From Thermincola ferriacetica (GTDB lineage Bacteria > Bacillota > Thermincolia > Thermincolales > UBA2595), in contig JAENZJ010000015.1 of the NCBI GenBank assembly GCA_016841325.1, positions 13,655 through 77,654 of the forward strand: 64,000 bases of DNA. Reading direction: 5' to 3'. A model generated the notes under the pieces. That model saw nothing but the letters and a program-made list of their open reading frames with translations. It had not been told where the DNA came from and ran no database searches. This document shows positions 38,934-48,938 of the stretch, piece after piece; position 1 is the stretch's first letter, and each line of letters begins with the position of its first letter. The position numbers and the translations under genes are program-made.

Positions 38934-39704
38934 TCAGCTGACTTTTGTGCTTATGCGAAGCTTGTCAGCAACCATTGCAATAAATTCCGAATTTGTGGGC
39001 TTACCCCGTTCGAGGTTTATAGTATAGCCAAAGAACTTGTTCATCATCTCGGTGTTGCCCCGATCCCAGGCAAGCTCTATGGCATGTCTGATGGCCCGTT
39101 CAACCCTGCTGGGGGTTGTGGAATACTTCTGGGCTATCAGCGGATACAGTTCCTTGGTCACTCCACCTAGAAGGTTCACCTCATCGACAACCATTTTGAT
39201 GGCATCCCGCAGGTACTGGTAACCTTTAATATGTGCCGGAACCCCCATTTCATGAATAATATTGGTAACAGCTACGTCAAGATTACGGGTTTTTACCGGC
39301 GGTGTGTACTGGGGAATACTTTCTCCTTCAACCAGCTGCCTGATCCTTGTAGCCAGTACCGCGAAATCAAATGGCTTCAGGATGTAATAATCTGCTCCCA
39401 GTTCTATTGCCCTTTGGGTGACACTCTGCTGACCGAATGCCGTTAGCATAATTACCTTCGGCCTGGGCTGAGTTCCGGAGGTTACCAGTTTTTCAAGAAC
39501 ACCGATACCATCCAGGTGGGGCATGATAATATCAAGTACAACCACGTCCGGTTTCTCACGTTCGATAATTTCCATAGCTTCCACGCCGTTATTGGCAATT
39601 CCCACAAGTACAAAATCGTCCTCCTGGGAAATGAATTCTTTTAATAATTCGCAGAATTCTCTGTTATCGTCCGCTATTAGGATCTTAATACTCCTTATAC
39701 TCAT
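38934..39704 (-). CDS. spo0A: Sporulation master regulator Spo0A
   Basis: Receiver domain [46 protein letters not shown]. Confidence 0.98.
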   Translation of the reverse strand: MSIRSIKILIADDNREFCELLKEFISQEDDFVLVGIANNGVEAMEIIEREKPDVVVLDIIMPHLDGIGVLEKLVTSGTQPRPKVIMLTAFGQQSVTQRAIELGADYYILKPFDFAVLATRIRQLVEGESIPQYTPPVKTRNLDVAVTNIIHEMGVPAHIKGYQYLRDAIKMVVDEVNLLGGVTKELYPLIAQKYSTTPSRVERAIRHAIELAWDRGNTEMMNKFFGYTINLERGKPTNSEFIAMVADKLRISTKVS

Positions 39705-39751
39705 GAAAGTCCCTCCTGAAAAATTTTTCTAAATGATTCGTTATCAAAGAT

Positions 39752-39778
39752 TTTCGACGGATACCAGAGAAATCCTGC
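39752..39778 (-). promoter_or_regulatory. SigmaH promoter of spo0A (perfect 0A box TGTCGAA upstream at 39851-39857)
   Basis: GCAGGATTT, 11 nt spacer, GTCGAAA. Confidence 0.65.
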
Positions 39779-39882
39779 CCAAACATTAACAAATTTGGGA
39801 ATTATTTTAAAACAAATCAAGACAAAAAGCCCCTTATAACGCGTAGTAGTTGTCGAAATCGCATGTCATTTTATGTTAACAA

Positions 39883-41373
39883 TTAAGTATTTATTTGGGT
39901 TCTTTTATGGGGATATTTCATTTTTTGTGAAGTATTTTGTCGGTCATTATCTAATTTCGGAACTATTTTAAAAATTACAGACTTGTTGTTGTTATGTAAT
40001 AATCTCATACTTGCAAAAGAAATCAGGGGGTTTTTGTTTCCCCCTGGTCCTGATTGTCGACCGATTTTGGTCCCTGTTTCTTTTAGCATCCACTCTATCA
40101 GGCAACCATAACCCCGGGCAGGGTCGTTAATGAAAACATGTGTAACCGCTCCGATTATTTTCCCATCCTGAATCAGTGGACTACCGCTCATTCCCTGAAT
40201 AATACCACCAGTTCTCTTTAGGAGCCTCCTGTCTGTAACTTCAACAATTAACCCCTTGCTGTCAGGAACACTTTGAGGTAATACCCGCTTTATTTCCACT
40301 TTAAATTTCTCTATTTTTTCACCATCCAGTACTGTAAGCATTTCAGCAGGGCCTGTTTTCACCTGATTCGCTAAGGCAATTGGCAGGGCCTTTTGATAAA
40401 GCGGGTTTTTTAGTTCTTCCTTCAGAGACCCATAAATACCATACTTGGTATTTTTTTCAATCGTCCCTGAGAAATCGTCTTCATTTATAAACATTCCGAT
40501 TTTTTCTCCGGGAACCCCGCTCTTTCCAGCCTGGATACCCTGAATAGATGCTTTCACTAACCTTCCGTTGCTGACATCAATTGGCTGGTTGGTATCAGCG
40601 TCTGTAATCACGTGTCCCAATGCACCATATTTTCCTGTAACAGGGTCGTAAAATGACAGGGTACCTACTCCTGCGGCGCTGTCCCTGATGTACAGGCCGA
40701 TTCGGTACCTGTCTGTCTCCCGGCATAGTACAGGTTTTAGATTTGCTGAGAATTTTTTATTACCGCGCTTCACCAATAATTTCAGAGTTTTGTTTTGTTT
40801 CCCCGCACGGTCAATTATTTTGGCTACCTGTTCATCACTGGTCACTGCCTGACCGTTAATTTTTATGATAACATCCCCTACTTCAACTCCTGCCTCCCTG
40901 GCAGGGTTATATTTCTTTCCGGTTTTGTCTTCCACTATGGACTGGCCAACAACTATTACACCTTCGGAATGAAGCAGCACTCCAACAGAATGTCCTCCCG
41001 GAACCAGTTTCGTCTGCGGCACTACTTCCACCTTAACGTTTTTGACGGGGAAAATGCCAAATAGCCTGATCTGAATATTGGCTTTCCCCGGTGCGGTTGC
41101 CACCGGCCATCCGTCAATAAAGCTGAATACTTTGCCACTTATATCTGTACCGTTCAACAGGAGTACCCTTTGTTCATTTGGTTCTACATAAAGACTGAAC
41201 TGCCTGAGTAGATTTTGCGGAAACTCCAGGTTAAACCTAATATGATCTCCTACGGTTACCCGCTGTTGAGTAGGGAGTGAAAAAAAACTTCTTGCGTGTG
41301 GGTTAAAGGTGGCTGCAATTATCAGTGCTGCAATAAGCAATCCAAGTATTTTACGATAACCATCATAAGACAA
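39883..41373 (-). CDS. spoIVB: SpoIVB serine peptidase (PDZ)
   Basis: PGGHSVGV, PDZ domain, IRDSAAGVGTL, GALGHVI, GGIIQGMSGSPLIQ, AVTHVF. Confidence 0.95.
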   Translation of the reverse strand: MSYDGYRKILGLLIAALIIAATFNPHARSFFSLPTQQRVTVGDHIRFNLEFPQNLLRQFSLYVEPNEQRVLLLNGTDISGKVFSFIDGWPVATAPGKANIQIRLFGIFPVKNVKVEVVPQTKLVPGGHSVGVLLHSEGVIVVGQSIVEDKTGKKYNPAREAGVEVGDVIIKINGQAVTSDEQVAKIIDRAGKQNKTLKLLVKRGNKKFSANLKPVLCRETDRYRIGLYIRDSAAGVGTLSFYDPVTGKYGALGHVITDADTNQPIDVSNGRLVKASIQGIQAGKSGVPGEKIGMFINEDDFSGTIEKNTKYGIYGSLKEELKNPLYQKALPIALANQVKTGPAEMLTVLDGEKIEKFKVEIKRVLPQSVPDSKGLIVEVTDRRLLKRTGGIIQGMSGSPLIQDGKIIGAVTHVFINDPARGYGCLIEWMLKETGTKIGRQSGPGGNKNPLISFASMRLLHNNNKSVIFKIVPKLDNDRQNTSQKMKYPHKRTQINT

Positions 41374-41671
41374 CTATATCACCATCACTCTCCTGATTAT
41401 TTTTTCACCTCCGTATTCTGCCGGCAGAAATTTTCTATACAGCGCTGTAATACATCATGATGTTGTTATGGGTTCTGATTTTAAATTAACCTGTTTAACA
41501 GTCTTTTATAACATGAAATATAACGGAAAATTTCCATTAAGTCAGTATGCTCATAAAATATTGCAACAATTCGTTTTTTTAACGAATTTTAATCTATTTT
41601 GCCACAATAGCAAAAAAAATAAACTGCATATTTGCAGTTATAATAGACATATTAAAAATAGTAGTAAATTT

Positions 41672-43378
41672 TTAAAACAAAGTATTTTGTTTCAGTATTT
41701 CTTCGGCATGCGTCCTGGACACGGTGGTGATTTTTCCGCCCGACAGCATTCTGGCAAGTTCCTCAATCCGACCGTTATAGTCAAGTTCATTGACACGTGT
41801 AAAAGTGCGTTTTTTGTCAGTGGTTTTCCTGATCATAAAATGGTGGTCTGCAATTCCGGCAATCTGGGGTGAATGAGTTACACAGATAACCTGTTTGTCC
41901 CGTCCCACGGCTGACAGCTTGGAAGCTACCGCATGCAGGGCATTGCCTCCAATGCCGGCATCAATTTCATCAAAAATCAGGGTCGAAACCGGACCCGTTT
42001 TGGCCAGGATGGAACGGAATGCCAGCATGATCCGGGAAACCTCCCCGCCTGAAACTATTTTGGCCAGCGGTTTCAGGGGTTCACCCTTGTTGGGGGAAAT
42101 AAGGAATTCAACCATGTCCTGACCATTAAATGAAGGCTCCCTGGGATCAATTTTGACATCAAAGCTCACATATGGCATACTAAGGTCTTTGAGTTCTGTA
42201 GTTATACATTTCTTTAAGTCTGCAGCTGCTTTTTTTCTGGCAGAAGTCAGCCTGTCTGCGTAACTTTTATATTTCCCAGCGGTTTTCTCTATCTGCACCT
42301 TTAGATTCCTTATCTCTTCATCATAATTATCAATTACTGCCAGAGAAGAAGCCACCTGCTTTCTGTAGTCCAGGATTTCATCAATAGAATCTCCGTACTT
42401 CTTTTTGAGGTTTTTTATGCGATTCAGTCTGTTTTCAATTTCTTCCAGTCGTGCCGGATCCGGTTCAAGTTTGGCTGAATAGGACCTGACATCCCTTGCT
42501 GCCTCTTCCACCTGATAAACTGCCGATTCCAACATTTCACAGACACTATTAAGGGAACTGTCCACCATACACAGGTCTTTTAATGATTTTAAGGCCTCAT
42601 AAAGAAGCTCTGTCACCGGCCTAACTGAGCCGCCTTCATAAAGCAGGGAATATGCCTGAGATGACAGTGACATAAGCCGTTCCGCACTTGCCAGGATATT
42701 TCGCTCCTCCTCCAGCCTCTTGTCCTCATCAACAGCCAGGCTGCAGTTGTCTATTTCTTCAATTTGATATCTGTACATATCTGCCATACGCGCCTGTTCC
42801 TTTTCGTTGTCCTCCATCTGGGTAAGCTTTTTCCGCAGGGCCAGGAGTTGTTCATAGCAGGCAGCCAGTTTTTCCTTAGTATCACTAAAATCAGCCAGAG
42901 ACAAGTTGCCTTCCCCGTATTCGTCCAGAATTTCAATGTGTTTCTGCTGGTCCAGCAATGACTGTTGCTGATGCTGCCCGTAAATATCGACAAGATTTCC
43001 GGCTATTTCCCGGTATAGTGAAAGATTAACTGTCCGGCCGTTAATTCTGCAGAGATTCTTTCCCGTTTTCACCAATTCACGTGTCAGGATAAGATCCTCG
43101 CTTTCTTCCGGTAATAAACCATACTCCTCCAGTATTCTCATGATTCCCTGGTTATCTTCAATGTCAAACACGGCTTCCACGATGGCTTTATTTTCCCCGC
43201 TCCTGACAAATTCGCTCAGGGCCTGGCTTCCGGTAACAGTACCCATGGCATCGATAATTATTGATTTACCTGCTCCCGTTTCCCCGGTGAGGACATTAAA
43301 ACCGCGGTAAAAATCCAATTCAAGTTGGTCTATAAGGGCAAAATTCTGAATAAAAAGCTTTCCCAGCAATTGGTTCAC
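41672..43378 (-). CDS. recN: DNA repair protein RecN
   Basis: LTGETGAGKSII, SGGEVSR, LIFDEIDAG, VTHSPQ. Confidence 0.96.
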   Translation of the reverse strand: MNQLLGKLFIQNFALIDQLELDFYRGFNVLTGETGAGKSIIIDAMGTVTGSQALSEFVRSGENKAIVEAVFDIEDNQGIMRILEEYGLLPEESEDLILTRELVKTGKNLCRINGRTVNLSLYREIAGNLVDIYGQHQQQSLLDQQKHIEILDEYGEGNLSLADFSDTKEKLAACYEQLLALRKKLTQMEDNEKEQARMADMYRYQIEEIDNCSLAVDEDKRLEEERNILASAERLMSLSSQAYSLLYEGGSVRPVTELLYEALKSLKDLCMVDSSLNSVCEMLESAVYQVEEAARDVRSYSAKLEPDPARLEEIENRLNRIKNLKKKYGDSIDEILDYRKQVASSLAVIDNYDEEIRNLKVQIEKTAGKYKSYADRLTSARKKAAADLKKCITTELKDLSMPYVSFDVKIDPREPSFNGQDMVEFLISPNKGEPLKPLAKIVSGGEVSRIMLAFRSILAKTGPVSTLIFDEIDAGIGGNALHAVASKLSAVGRDKQVICVTHSPQIAGIADHHFMIRKTTDKKRTFTRVNELDYNGRIEELARMLSGGKITTVSRTHAEEILKQNTLF

Positions 43379-43391
43379 CTCACATTATGTA

Positions 43392-43850
43392 CTATTTCAG
43401 ATAGGAAGTAAACCTGTCCAAAATATGACTTACTGCTGACTTCGGTTTTACCACAACCATTAACGTATCATCACCGGCAACGGTCCCAATGACCTCATCC
43501 CAGCCTTCATTATCAACAGCCAGGGCTACAGTCTGTGCCGCACCGGGTGTAGTTTTAACCACAATTATATTTTCACTGAAATCAATGCGGGTTACCGAAT
43601 CCCTGAAAACCCGCTGAATGCTGCGTGGAGTTCCGCCAAGCATCCCTTCACCCGGCAATGCGTACCGGTAACGGTTATCACCCGATGCTGCCTTTACCAG
43701 CCTTAGTTCCTTAATATCCCGGGAAACAGTGGCCTGAGTCACTTGGTATCCCTGTCGTTTAAGTTCGGCTGCAAGTTCCTCCTGGGTTTCGATAACATTC
43801 TTTTGGATAATCTCAAGTATTTTTCGGTGTCGCTGTGTTTTCATGTCCAT
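43392..43850 (-). CDS. argR: Arginine repressor
   Basis: TQEEL, VTQATVSRDIKEL, GTVAGDDT. Confidence 0.96.
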   Translation of the reverse strand: MDMKTQRHRKILEIIQKNVIETQEELAAELKRQGYQVTQATVSRDIKELRLVKAASGDNRYRYALPGEGMLGGTPRSIQRVFRDSVTRIDFSENIIVVKTTPGAAQTVALAVDNEGWDEVIGTVAGDDTLMVVVKPKSAVSHILDRFTSYLK

Positions 43851-43879
43851 TCCTCCCGTGAACCCTGTAAAGCCTCCCG

Positions 43880-44428
43880 TTAACCCCTTAAAGCCTTTTC
43901 GACAACTATCAGGAACGGGGCATTATTCCGGTTTATATAATCAATCTTACCGACACAAAAATCCTTTTTATCCAACCGGGACAGGCAGGCCTCCAGCCTG
44001 AATTGTTCTTCCGGTCCGCCCGGATGCCCCGTATAAACAACGATACAGATAAGCCCCCCGGGTTTCAGGAGTTTAAGTGCGCCGGTAACTGCCCTGACTG
44101 TGGTCTCCGGAGTTGTGACAATACTATGGTTGCCTCCCGGAAGATAGCCCAGGTTAAAGACCACAGCGTCCACAGGCTCGGGAACAAATTTAACCATATC
44201 TTCGTGTCCCTGTAAAAAAAGTGTCACTGAGTCAGAAAAACCTTTTTCAGCCACGGCCTCAGCAGTTCTACTGATTGCCTCGGGCTGGATATCAAAACCA
44301 TAAACACGGCCATCCCTGCCTACCAGGCCGGCCAGGAAAAGGGTATCATTTCCATTGCCTAACGTGGCATCAACAGCTACCTTTCCCGGTTTTAGCACTG
44401 CTCTTAAGTAATCATGAGCTATATTCAC
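43880..44428 (-). CDS. Class I SAM-dependent methyltransferase (YtqB-like)
   Basis: VDATLGNGNDT, GFDIQ, FNLGYLPGG, YTGHPGG. Confidence 0.88.
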   Translation of the reverse strand: MNIAHDYLRAVLKPGKVAVDATLGNGNDTLFLAGLVGRDGRVYGFDIQPEAISRTAEAVAEKGFSDSVTLFLQGHEDMVKFVPEPVDAVVFNLGYLPGGNHSIVTTPETTVRAVTGALKLLKPGGLICIVVYTGHPGGPEEQFRLEACLSRLDKKDFCVGKIDYINRNNAPFLIVVEKALRG

Positions 44429-44444
44429 TGTATTTTTAAACAGG

Positions 44445-45311
44445 TTAAATGTCAGTGTTACCGCCCTCTTTCAGCTTGGTCCGTAAAATTTCGTAAAAAC
44501 CCCGCTGGTTTAATTTCATAAATTTTGCATTAAAAGGCGCCCTCTGAATTATTACATCATCGTATGGTTCCAGCCGAAACCCGCTCTGTCCGTCCATTGT
44601 TAGCATAACGTCTGCCTGGGTAGCCTGGAGTTCAACCCTGACAATACTGTTATTGTCAATTACCATTGGCCTGGAATACAGGGTATGGGGGCAAATTGGA
44701 GTCACTATCATAACCTCAAGGTCAGGGGCCACCAGCGGTCCTCCCGCAGACAGGGAATATGCGGTTGAACCGGTCGGTGTGGATACAATAAGCCCATCGG
44801 CAGGAAAAACATCAACAAATTCATTGTTAACAAAAGTCTTCAGCCGGATTATCCTGGCAAACGCCCCTTTTGTTATTACGGCATCATTGAGTCCGAAAAA
44901 CTCACATATCTCCTTACCCTGCCGTATTACAACAGCCTTAATCATCATCCTTTCCTCGATGCGGTAATTACCTGAAATCAGTTTCTCCAGAGCAGGATCA
45001 AGGTCAGGAAGTTCTATTTCAGTAAGAAAACCCAGTTGGCCAAGGTTGACACCAAAAAGCGGTATTCCCCGGACGGAAATATTCCTGGCCGTGTTCAGCA
45101 GGGTACCGTCCCCGCCCAGGACTATAATACAATCCGCCTTTGTGGCAAGGTCATCTTCAGGGCAAACCGAATAACCGTTACCGGTTTCGAATGCTCCGGC
45201 TCCGGAAACAAAAACCTTTTTACCGTGCTGCTTCAGCCATTTGATGATATTTTGGGTAATTGTTCCTGCTTCAGGTTTTTCAAAGTTTAAAATAATTCCG
45301 ATACTGTCCAT
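44445..45311 (-). CDS. nadK: NAD kinase
   Basis: LGGDGTLL, LGFL, NDAV, DGLIVSTPTGSTAYSLSAGGP. Confidence 0.96.
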   Translation of the reverse strand: MDSIGIILNFEKPEAGTITQNIIKWLKQHGKKVFVSGAGAFETGNGYSVCPEDDLATKADCIIVLGGDGTLLNTARNISVRGIPLFGVNLGQLGFLTEIELPDLDPALEKLISGNYRIEERMMIKAVVIRQGKEICEFFGLNDAVITKGAFARIIRLKTFVNNEFVDVFPADGLIVSTPTGSTAYSLSAGGPLVAPDLEVMIVTPICPHTLYSRPMVIDNNSIVRVELQATQADVMLTMDGQSGFRLEPYDDVIIQRAPFNAKFMKLNQRGFYEILRTKLKEGGNTDI

Positions 45312-45492
45312 TGACCTCCCCCTCAGTTTTCCCCTTCGGAATTAATTATTCTACATAATGAATTGAACTCCTGTCATAAAAATTTTATTGTTAGTCCAAG
45401 GATTATAGAATTTTCTGTCGAATATAATTATTCATACTGCGGTATGATAACTGGCGAATGGGCCGAATAATACACAGACAAGGAGATGTCCT

Positions 45493-46008
45493 ATGAAAAA
45501 ACTGTTTATTTTACTGCTAAGTGTTTTGATTATTGTCGTTGCAGGTTGCTCAAAATCAGAAACCAAAAGTCCTCCTCCTGAACCCAATACACAGGAAAAG
45601 GCTGATACAGCACACCTTACTGCCGAAGACAAGGAGTTTAAAATGTCAGTCAGTAAAGAAATTCGTTCTCTGTCTGCCATGAATATTTATAACAAAGAAG
45701 GTCATGAACTGGTAAGTGTCCTAGTCGCCCTTGAAAATGTCTCTAAAGATAATGTACCCATTTCACCGGAATTTGTCACCCTGAAAACTGCAGATGGAAC
45801 TGAGTACAAGTATTCAGCGGAACTTACCCGGCAAATAACCAATAAATCGGCCTTTAAAGAGGTAGTGCTCCCACCGGATTACCGTGGAGGCGGACTGCTT
45901 CTGTTTGAACTGAAAAAAGATTCGCCGCCTGATACGCTAACCTATAAAGATGACTCAAATCATGAGATGACAGTACAGTTTCCATCTCAAGTAAAAACAA
46001 GTATTTAA
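45493..46008 (+). CDS. Lipoprotein (DUF4352-like Ig fold)
   Basis: Lipobox VVAGC; V.V.LEN.S, F.LKT.DG.EY, G.LLFE pattern. Confidence 0.7.
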   Translation: MKKLFILLLSVLIIVVAGCSKSETKSPPPEPNTQEKADTAHLTAEDKEFKMSVSKEIRSLSAMNIYNKEGHELVSVLVALENVSKDNVPISPEFVTLKTADGTEYKYSAELTRQITNKSAFKEVVLPPDYRGGGLLLFELKKDSPPDTLTYKDDSNHEMTVQFPSQVKTSI

Positions 46009-46019
46009 AAAAACGGGTT

Positions 46020-46060
46020 TAAAAAAACGGGACTGCCTAGTAAAGCAGTCCCGTTTTTTA
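46020..46060. terminator. Bidirectional terminator between the lipoprotein and cytochrome genes
   Basis: AAAAAAACGGGACTGC-CTAGTAAA-GCAGTCCCGTTTTTT. Confidence 0.8.
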
Positions 46061-46996
46061 GTTCAAAAGATTTTCCAGTTCACGGTACTTTTGCTGGGTA
46101 TAGTCAAGAATTTTGGTAGAGTAATCAAAGTTGTGAATCCCCTTACTTCCGTCTGCAACAACAAACGAGAGATTAGTGTAGACCACATTATAAACCTCCT
46201 GGGCCGGACCCACCTGAAGACCCTGAGTTCTGCGGTAATCCAACTTTTTCTTTGCTTCAGCCAGTTTTTTCTCCAGGTCTTCACTATCCCGCTCAATCTG
46301 CTGCTGCATTTTGGCCACCTCTTTAGCAAATTCCTCTTCTGACTGGTCGGCATGACACATTACACAGATGCTTTCGGTATGTTCTTCCAGGGCTTCCTCC
46401 GGTGTTTTGCCCTTAAAGGTATGGGCTTCATTAGGCATATGGCACTCGATACATGTGAGTCCTGACTTGTATTTTGAATCCGGCGTTACCGGTACGCCAA
46501 TGGCTCCATAACCCAGGAACATCTCCTTCTGGGGATGGTGGACCTCTTCACCTGCCACAATCTCTTTTGTGGCATTATGACAGGCAGTACATGTTTCCAG
46601 GGGGTCATACCTGAGTTTAAATTCACTCTGGGTTAAAACATGACAAACAGCGCAGGTTATAGAAAGCTTAACACTGGCAACATCAGGTTTCTGGCCGGGA
46701 GGAGCCAGGAAATACTCTGCTGAGTGGCACTGATAACACTCGGGTGCCTCATGGTCACTCTCCAGAAGGTCGGGAAGTGATTCGGTATGGCTGCTGGTGG
46801 CATACTGTTCTTTAATAGGTATATAGATATCTACCATACTCTTTTGTTTATTGTTTTGGAACTCCCTGACCTGTGCTTCGGTCACCTTAGCCCTTTCCGG
46901 AGCTTTATCATCAGGGTTTGTCTCCCTCTGCATACAACCGCCCAAGACGATTGTGATTACTGCAATAAACATTAATAATACTTTCCTGGCGTTCAC
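46058..46996 (-). CDS. Pentaheme cytochrome c lipoprotein (NrfA/c552-like C-terminal region)
   Basis: Lipobox VLGGC; five CxxCH (CYQCH, CAVCH, CTACH, CIECH, CVMCH); HHPQKEM; N...V.ADGSKGIHN. Likely GTG start at 46996; ORF open from 47017. Confidence 0.88.
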   Translation of the reverse strand: MNARKVLLMFIAVITIVLGGCMQRETNPDDKAPERAKVTEAQVREFQNNKQKSMVDIYIPIKEQYATSSHTESLPDLLESDHEAPECYQCHSAEYFLAPPGQKPDVASVKLSITCAVCHVLTQSEFKLRYDPLETCTACHNATKEIVAGEEVHHPQKEMFLGYGAIGVPVTPDSKYKSGLTCIECHMPNEAHTFKGKTPEEALEEHTESICVMCHADQSEEEFAKEVAKMQQQIERDSEDLEKKLAEAKKKLDYRRTQGLQVGPAQEVYNVVYTNLSFVVADGSKGIHNFDYSTKILDYTQQKYRELENLLN

Positions 46997-47013
46997 ACTG
47001 TTCCCCCCGTTCT

Positions 47014-48759
47014 TCAAGAATCAAAGGTTTCTTCACTGTTAACCTTAAATCTGGAAACCGCTTCCTGCAGTTGATGCACCATGCCGGCCAGGCTGTTAGC
47101 GGCATCAAAGAGTTCAATAACCGCCTTGGACTGGGCAATAACCAGTTCAGACATTTCCTGAGATGTCTTCACTGTTTTCTTTGATATCCTGCTGTTTTCA
47201 GTAACTTCCTGAACAATGTACTGGCTGCTGACAGTTATCTGCTGGGTATTGTTGACCACTTCCCTGGTCTGTTCAGATGCGGTATGGACCGCCTCAATTA
47301 TCTCTGTAAGTATTTCTCCGGCATCATTGATGACAACTGTACCGGCTGCAACTACCTCCCGGCCTTCATCCATTGATAAAACAGCATCCTGGGAGCGTTT
47401 CTGTATCTGGGCTATTATCTGGCGGATCTTGTCCACTAACTGTGCAGAGCCTGAGGCCAGCTTGCGCACTTCCTCAGCAACAACCGCAAAGCCTTTACCC
47501 TGTTCACCGGCCCTGGCAGCCTCTATAGCAGCATTTAAAGCCAGCAAGTTTGTCTGCTTGGCGAATCCAGAGATCATATCAATGATATCGGAAATTTGAT
47601 TGACATCACTTACAAGTGTTTTCACATCCATGGACAGGTGGTCAACCTTCTGCTCAATAAGGTTCATCTGTTCAATAGCCGCCCTTACCGACCCTCCGCC
47701 TTTCTGTGCCATTTCAGCCGCTGACGTTGTGGTCCGGTTGATCATCTGGATACTCAGGTTAATGTTATTTATGGCTTCCATAGCTGTTTCTGCAGATGCC
47801 TGGAGTTCTGCAATACCATTAGCCTGTTGTTTGGCTCCTTCTGACACATCATTGATAGACCGGTCAATTTTACTGTAAGCTGCCGCACTCTGCTGAGTAT
47901 GTGATGCAAAGGCCTCACTTGCAGCAGCAATCTCCCTGCTCCAGTCTACAATTCGTTCGATTATTGCCCTGAGGTTGTCTACCATAATATTAAAAGATTT
48001 TGCCAGTTCACTGAATTCTCCGATGGAATTGTCCCTTATTTTCTGAGTCAGGTCTCCTTCCGCAATGTTTCTGGAGACACGGACCAGATTCGTCAGGGGT
48101 GTGGTAATATTCTTTGAAGTAATGAAGGTCAGGGTAAAACATCCGATAATGGCAACTACTGCAATTGAATACATAATGCTGCGCGAAGTCAGCAGGATGG
48201 CCCGGCTCTTCTCCTGAGCCTCGGTGGCCTGTTTCTGAGTCCCTTCAACAAGTTGATTGGCTGTATCGATCATCTTGTCGCCTGCCAGCCGGTAATTGCC
48301 CCAGAGGGTATCAACCAGATTGTCACGCCCGGCCTCCTCATATTTGAAAATATGGTTAGCCACCAGATTAAAGTTATCGTGTTCTCTTTTTACTCTGTAA
48401 AGGCTTTCCAGGGTCTGTTCATCCTGCCCCGCATCACCTATAAGCTCTTCAAACTCAGTTATTTTGGCTTTAAACTGCCTGTCCAGTTCCCGGTATTTCT
48501 GCTTAATGTTCTTGTTGCCGACAGTAAAATCCCTTGTCAGCATCTGCTGTTCCTGTACAATAGATTTGATGCTTCCGGCAATATTAACCTGAGGTAAAAA
48601 CTTATATGTACTGTCATCTATGGCCTGCTGAATCCGGGCCATATTAGTATCAGCCACGATCATCACCAGTGTGAGCATAATAACTACACCCAGGTATCCC
48701 ATCAGAATCTTTAGTGTGACATCACTAATCTTGAACTTCGAATAATGCACCCGGCCCAC
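47014..48759 (-). CDS. Methyl-accepting chemotaxis protein (2 TM, four-helix sensor, HAMP)
   Basis: QTNLLALNAAIEAARAGEQGKGFAVVAEEVRKLA; HAMP region ITTPLTNL...GDLT...EFSELAKSFN. Confidence 0.95.
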   Translation of the reverse strand: MGRVHYSKFKISDVTLKILMGYLGVVIMLTLVMIVADTNMARIQQAIDDSTYKFLPQVNIAGSIKSIVQEQQMLTRDFTVGNKNIKQKYRELDRQFKAKITEFEELIGDAGQDEQTLESLYRVKREHDNFNLVANHIFKYEEAGRDNLVDTLWGNYRLAGDKMIDTANQLVEGTQKQATEAQEKSRAILLTSRSIMYSIAVVAIIGCFTLTFITSKNITTPLTNLVRVSRNIAEGDLTQKIRDNSIGEFSELAKSFNIMVDNLRAIIERIVDWSREIAAASEAFASHTQQSAAAYSKIDRSINDVSEGAKQQANGIAELQASAETAMEAINNINLSIQMINRTTTSAAEMAQKGGGSVRAAIEQMNLIEQKVDHLSMDVKTLVSDVNQISDIIDMISGFAKQTNLLALNAAIEAARAGEQGKGFAVVAEEVRKLASGSAQLVDKIRQIIAQIQKRSQDAVLSMDEGREVVAAGTVVINDAGEILTEIIEAVHTASEQTREVVNNTQQITVSSQYIVQEVTENSRISKKTVKTSQEMSELVIAQSKAVIELFDAANSLAGMVHQLQEAVSRFKVNSEETFDS

Positions 48760-48938
48760 CCCCTGTGTCTATACCGGCCAAAAGTTTATTTAACAAAAAA
48801 ACCTTTCCCCTGTATTCTGTTCTGGAAAGGTCGGACTATTGAGGAACATTAAATATTATTCGCCAATATTTTTCAATTTCCTGTTATGTTTTGAAACAAT
48901 TCATAGAAATATGTAATAAAAGAGGCAATTTATAAGAT

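Noticed and set aside
46005-46035. Direct repeat TAAAAAAACGGG x2 as a target-site duplication of the insertion
   Set aside because: Both copies lie together inside the block next to the terminator, not at its two ends.
48766-48800. Sigma28 (FliA/SigD) promoter for the MCP (GCCGGTAT resembles the -10 box)
   Set aside because: No TAAA at the required 15-nt spacing.
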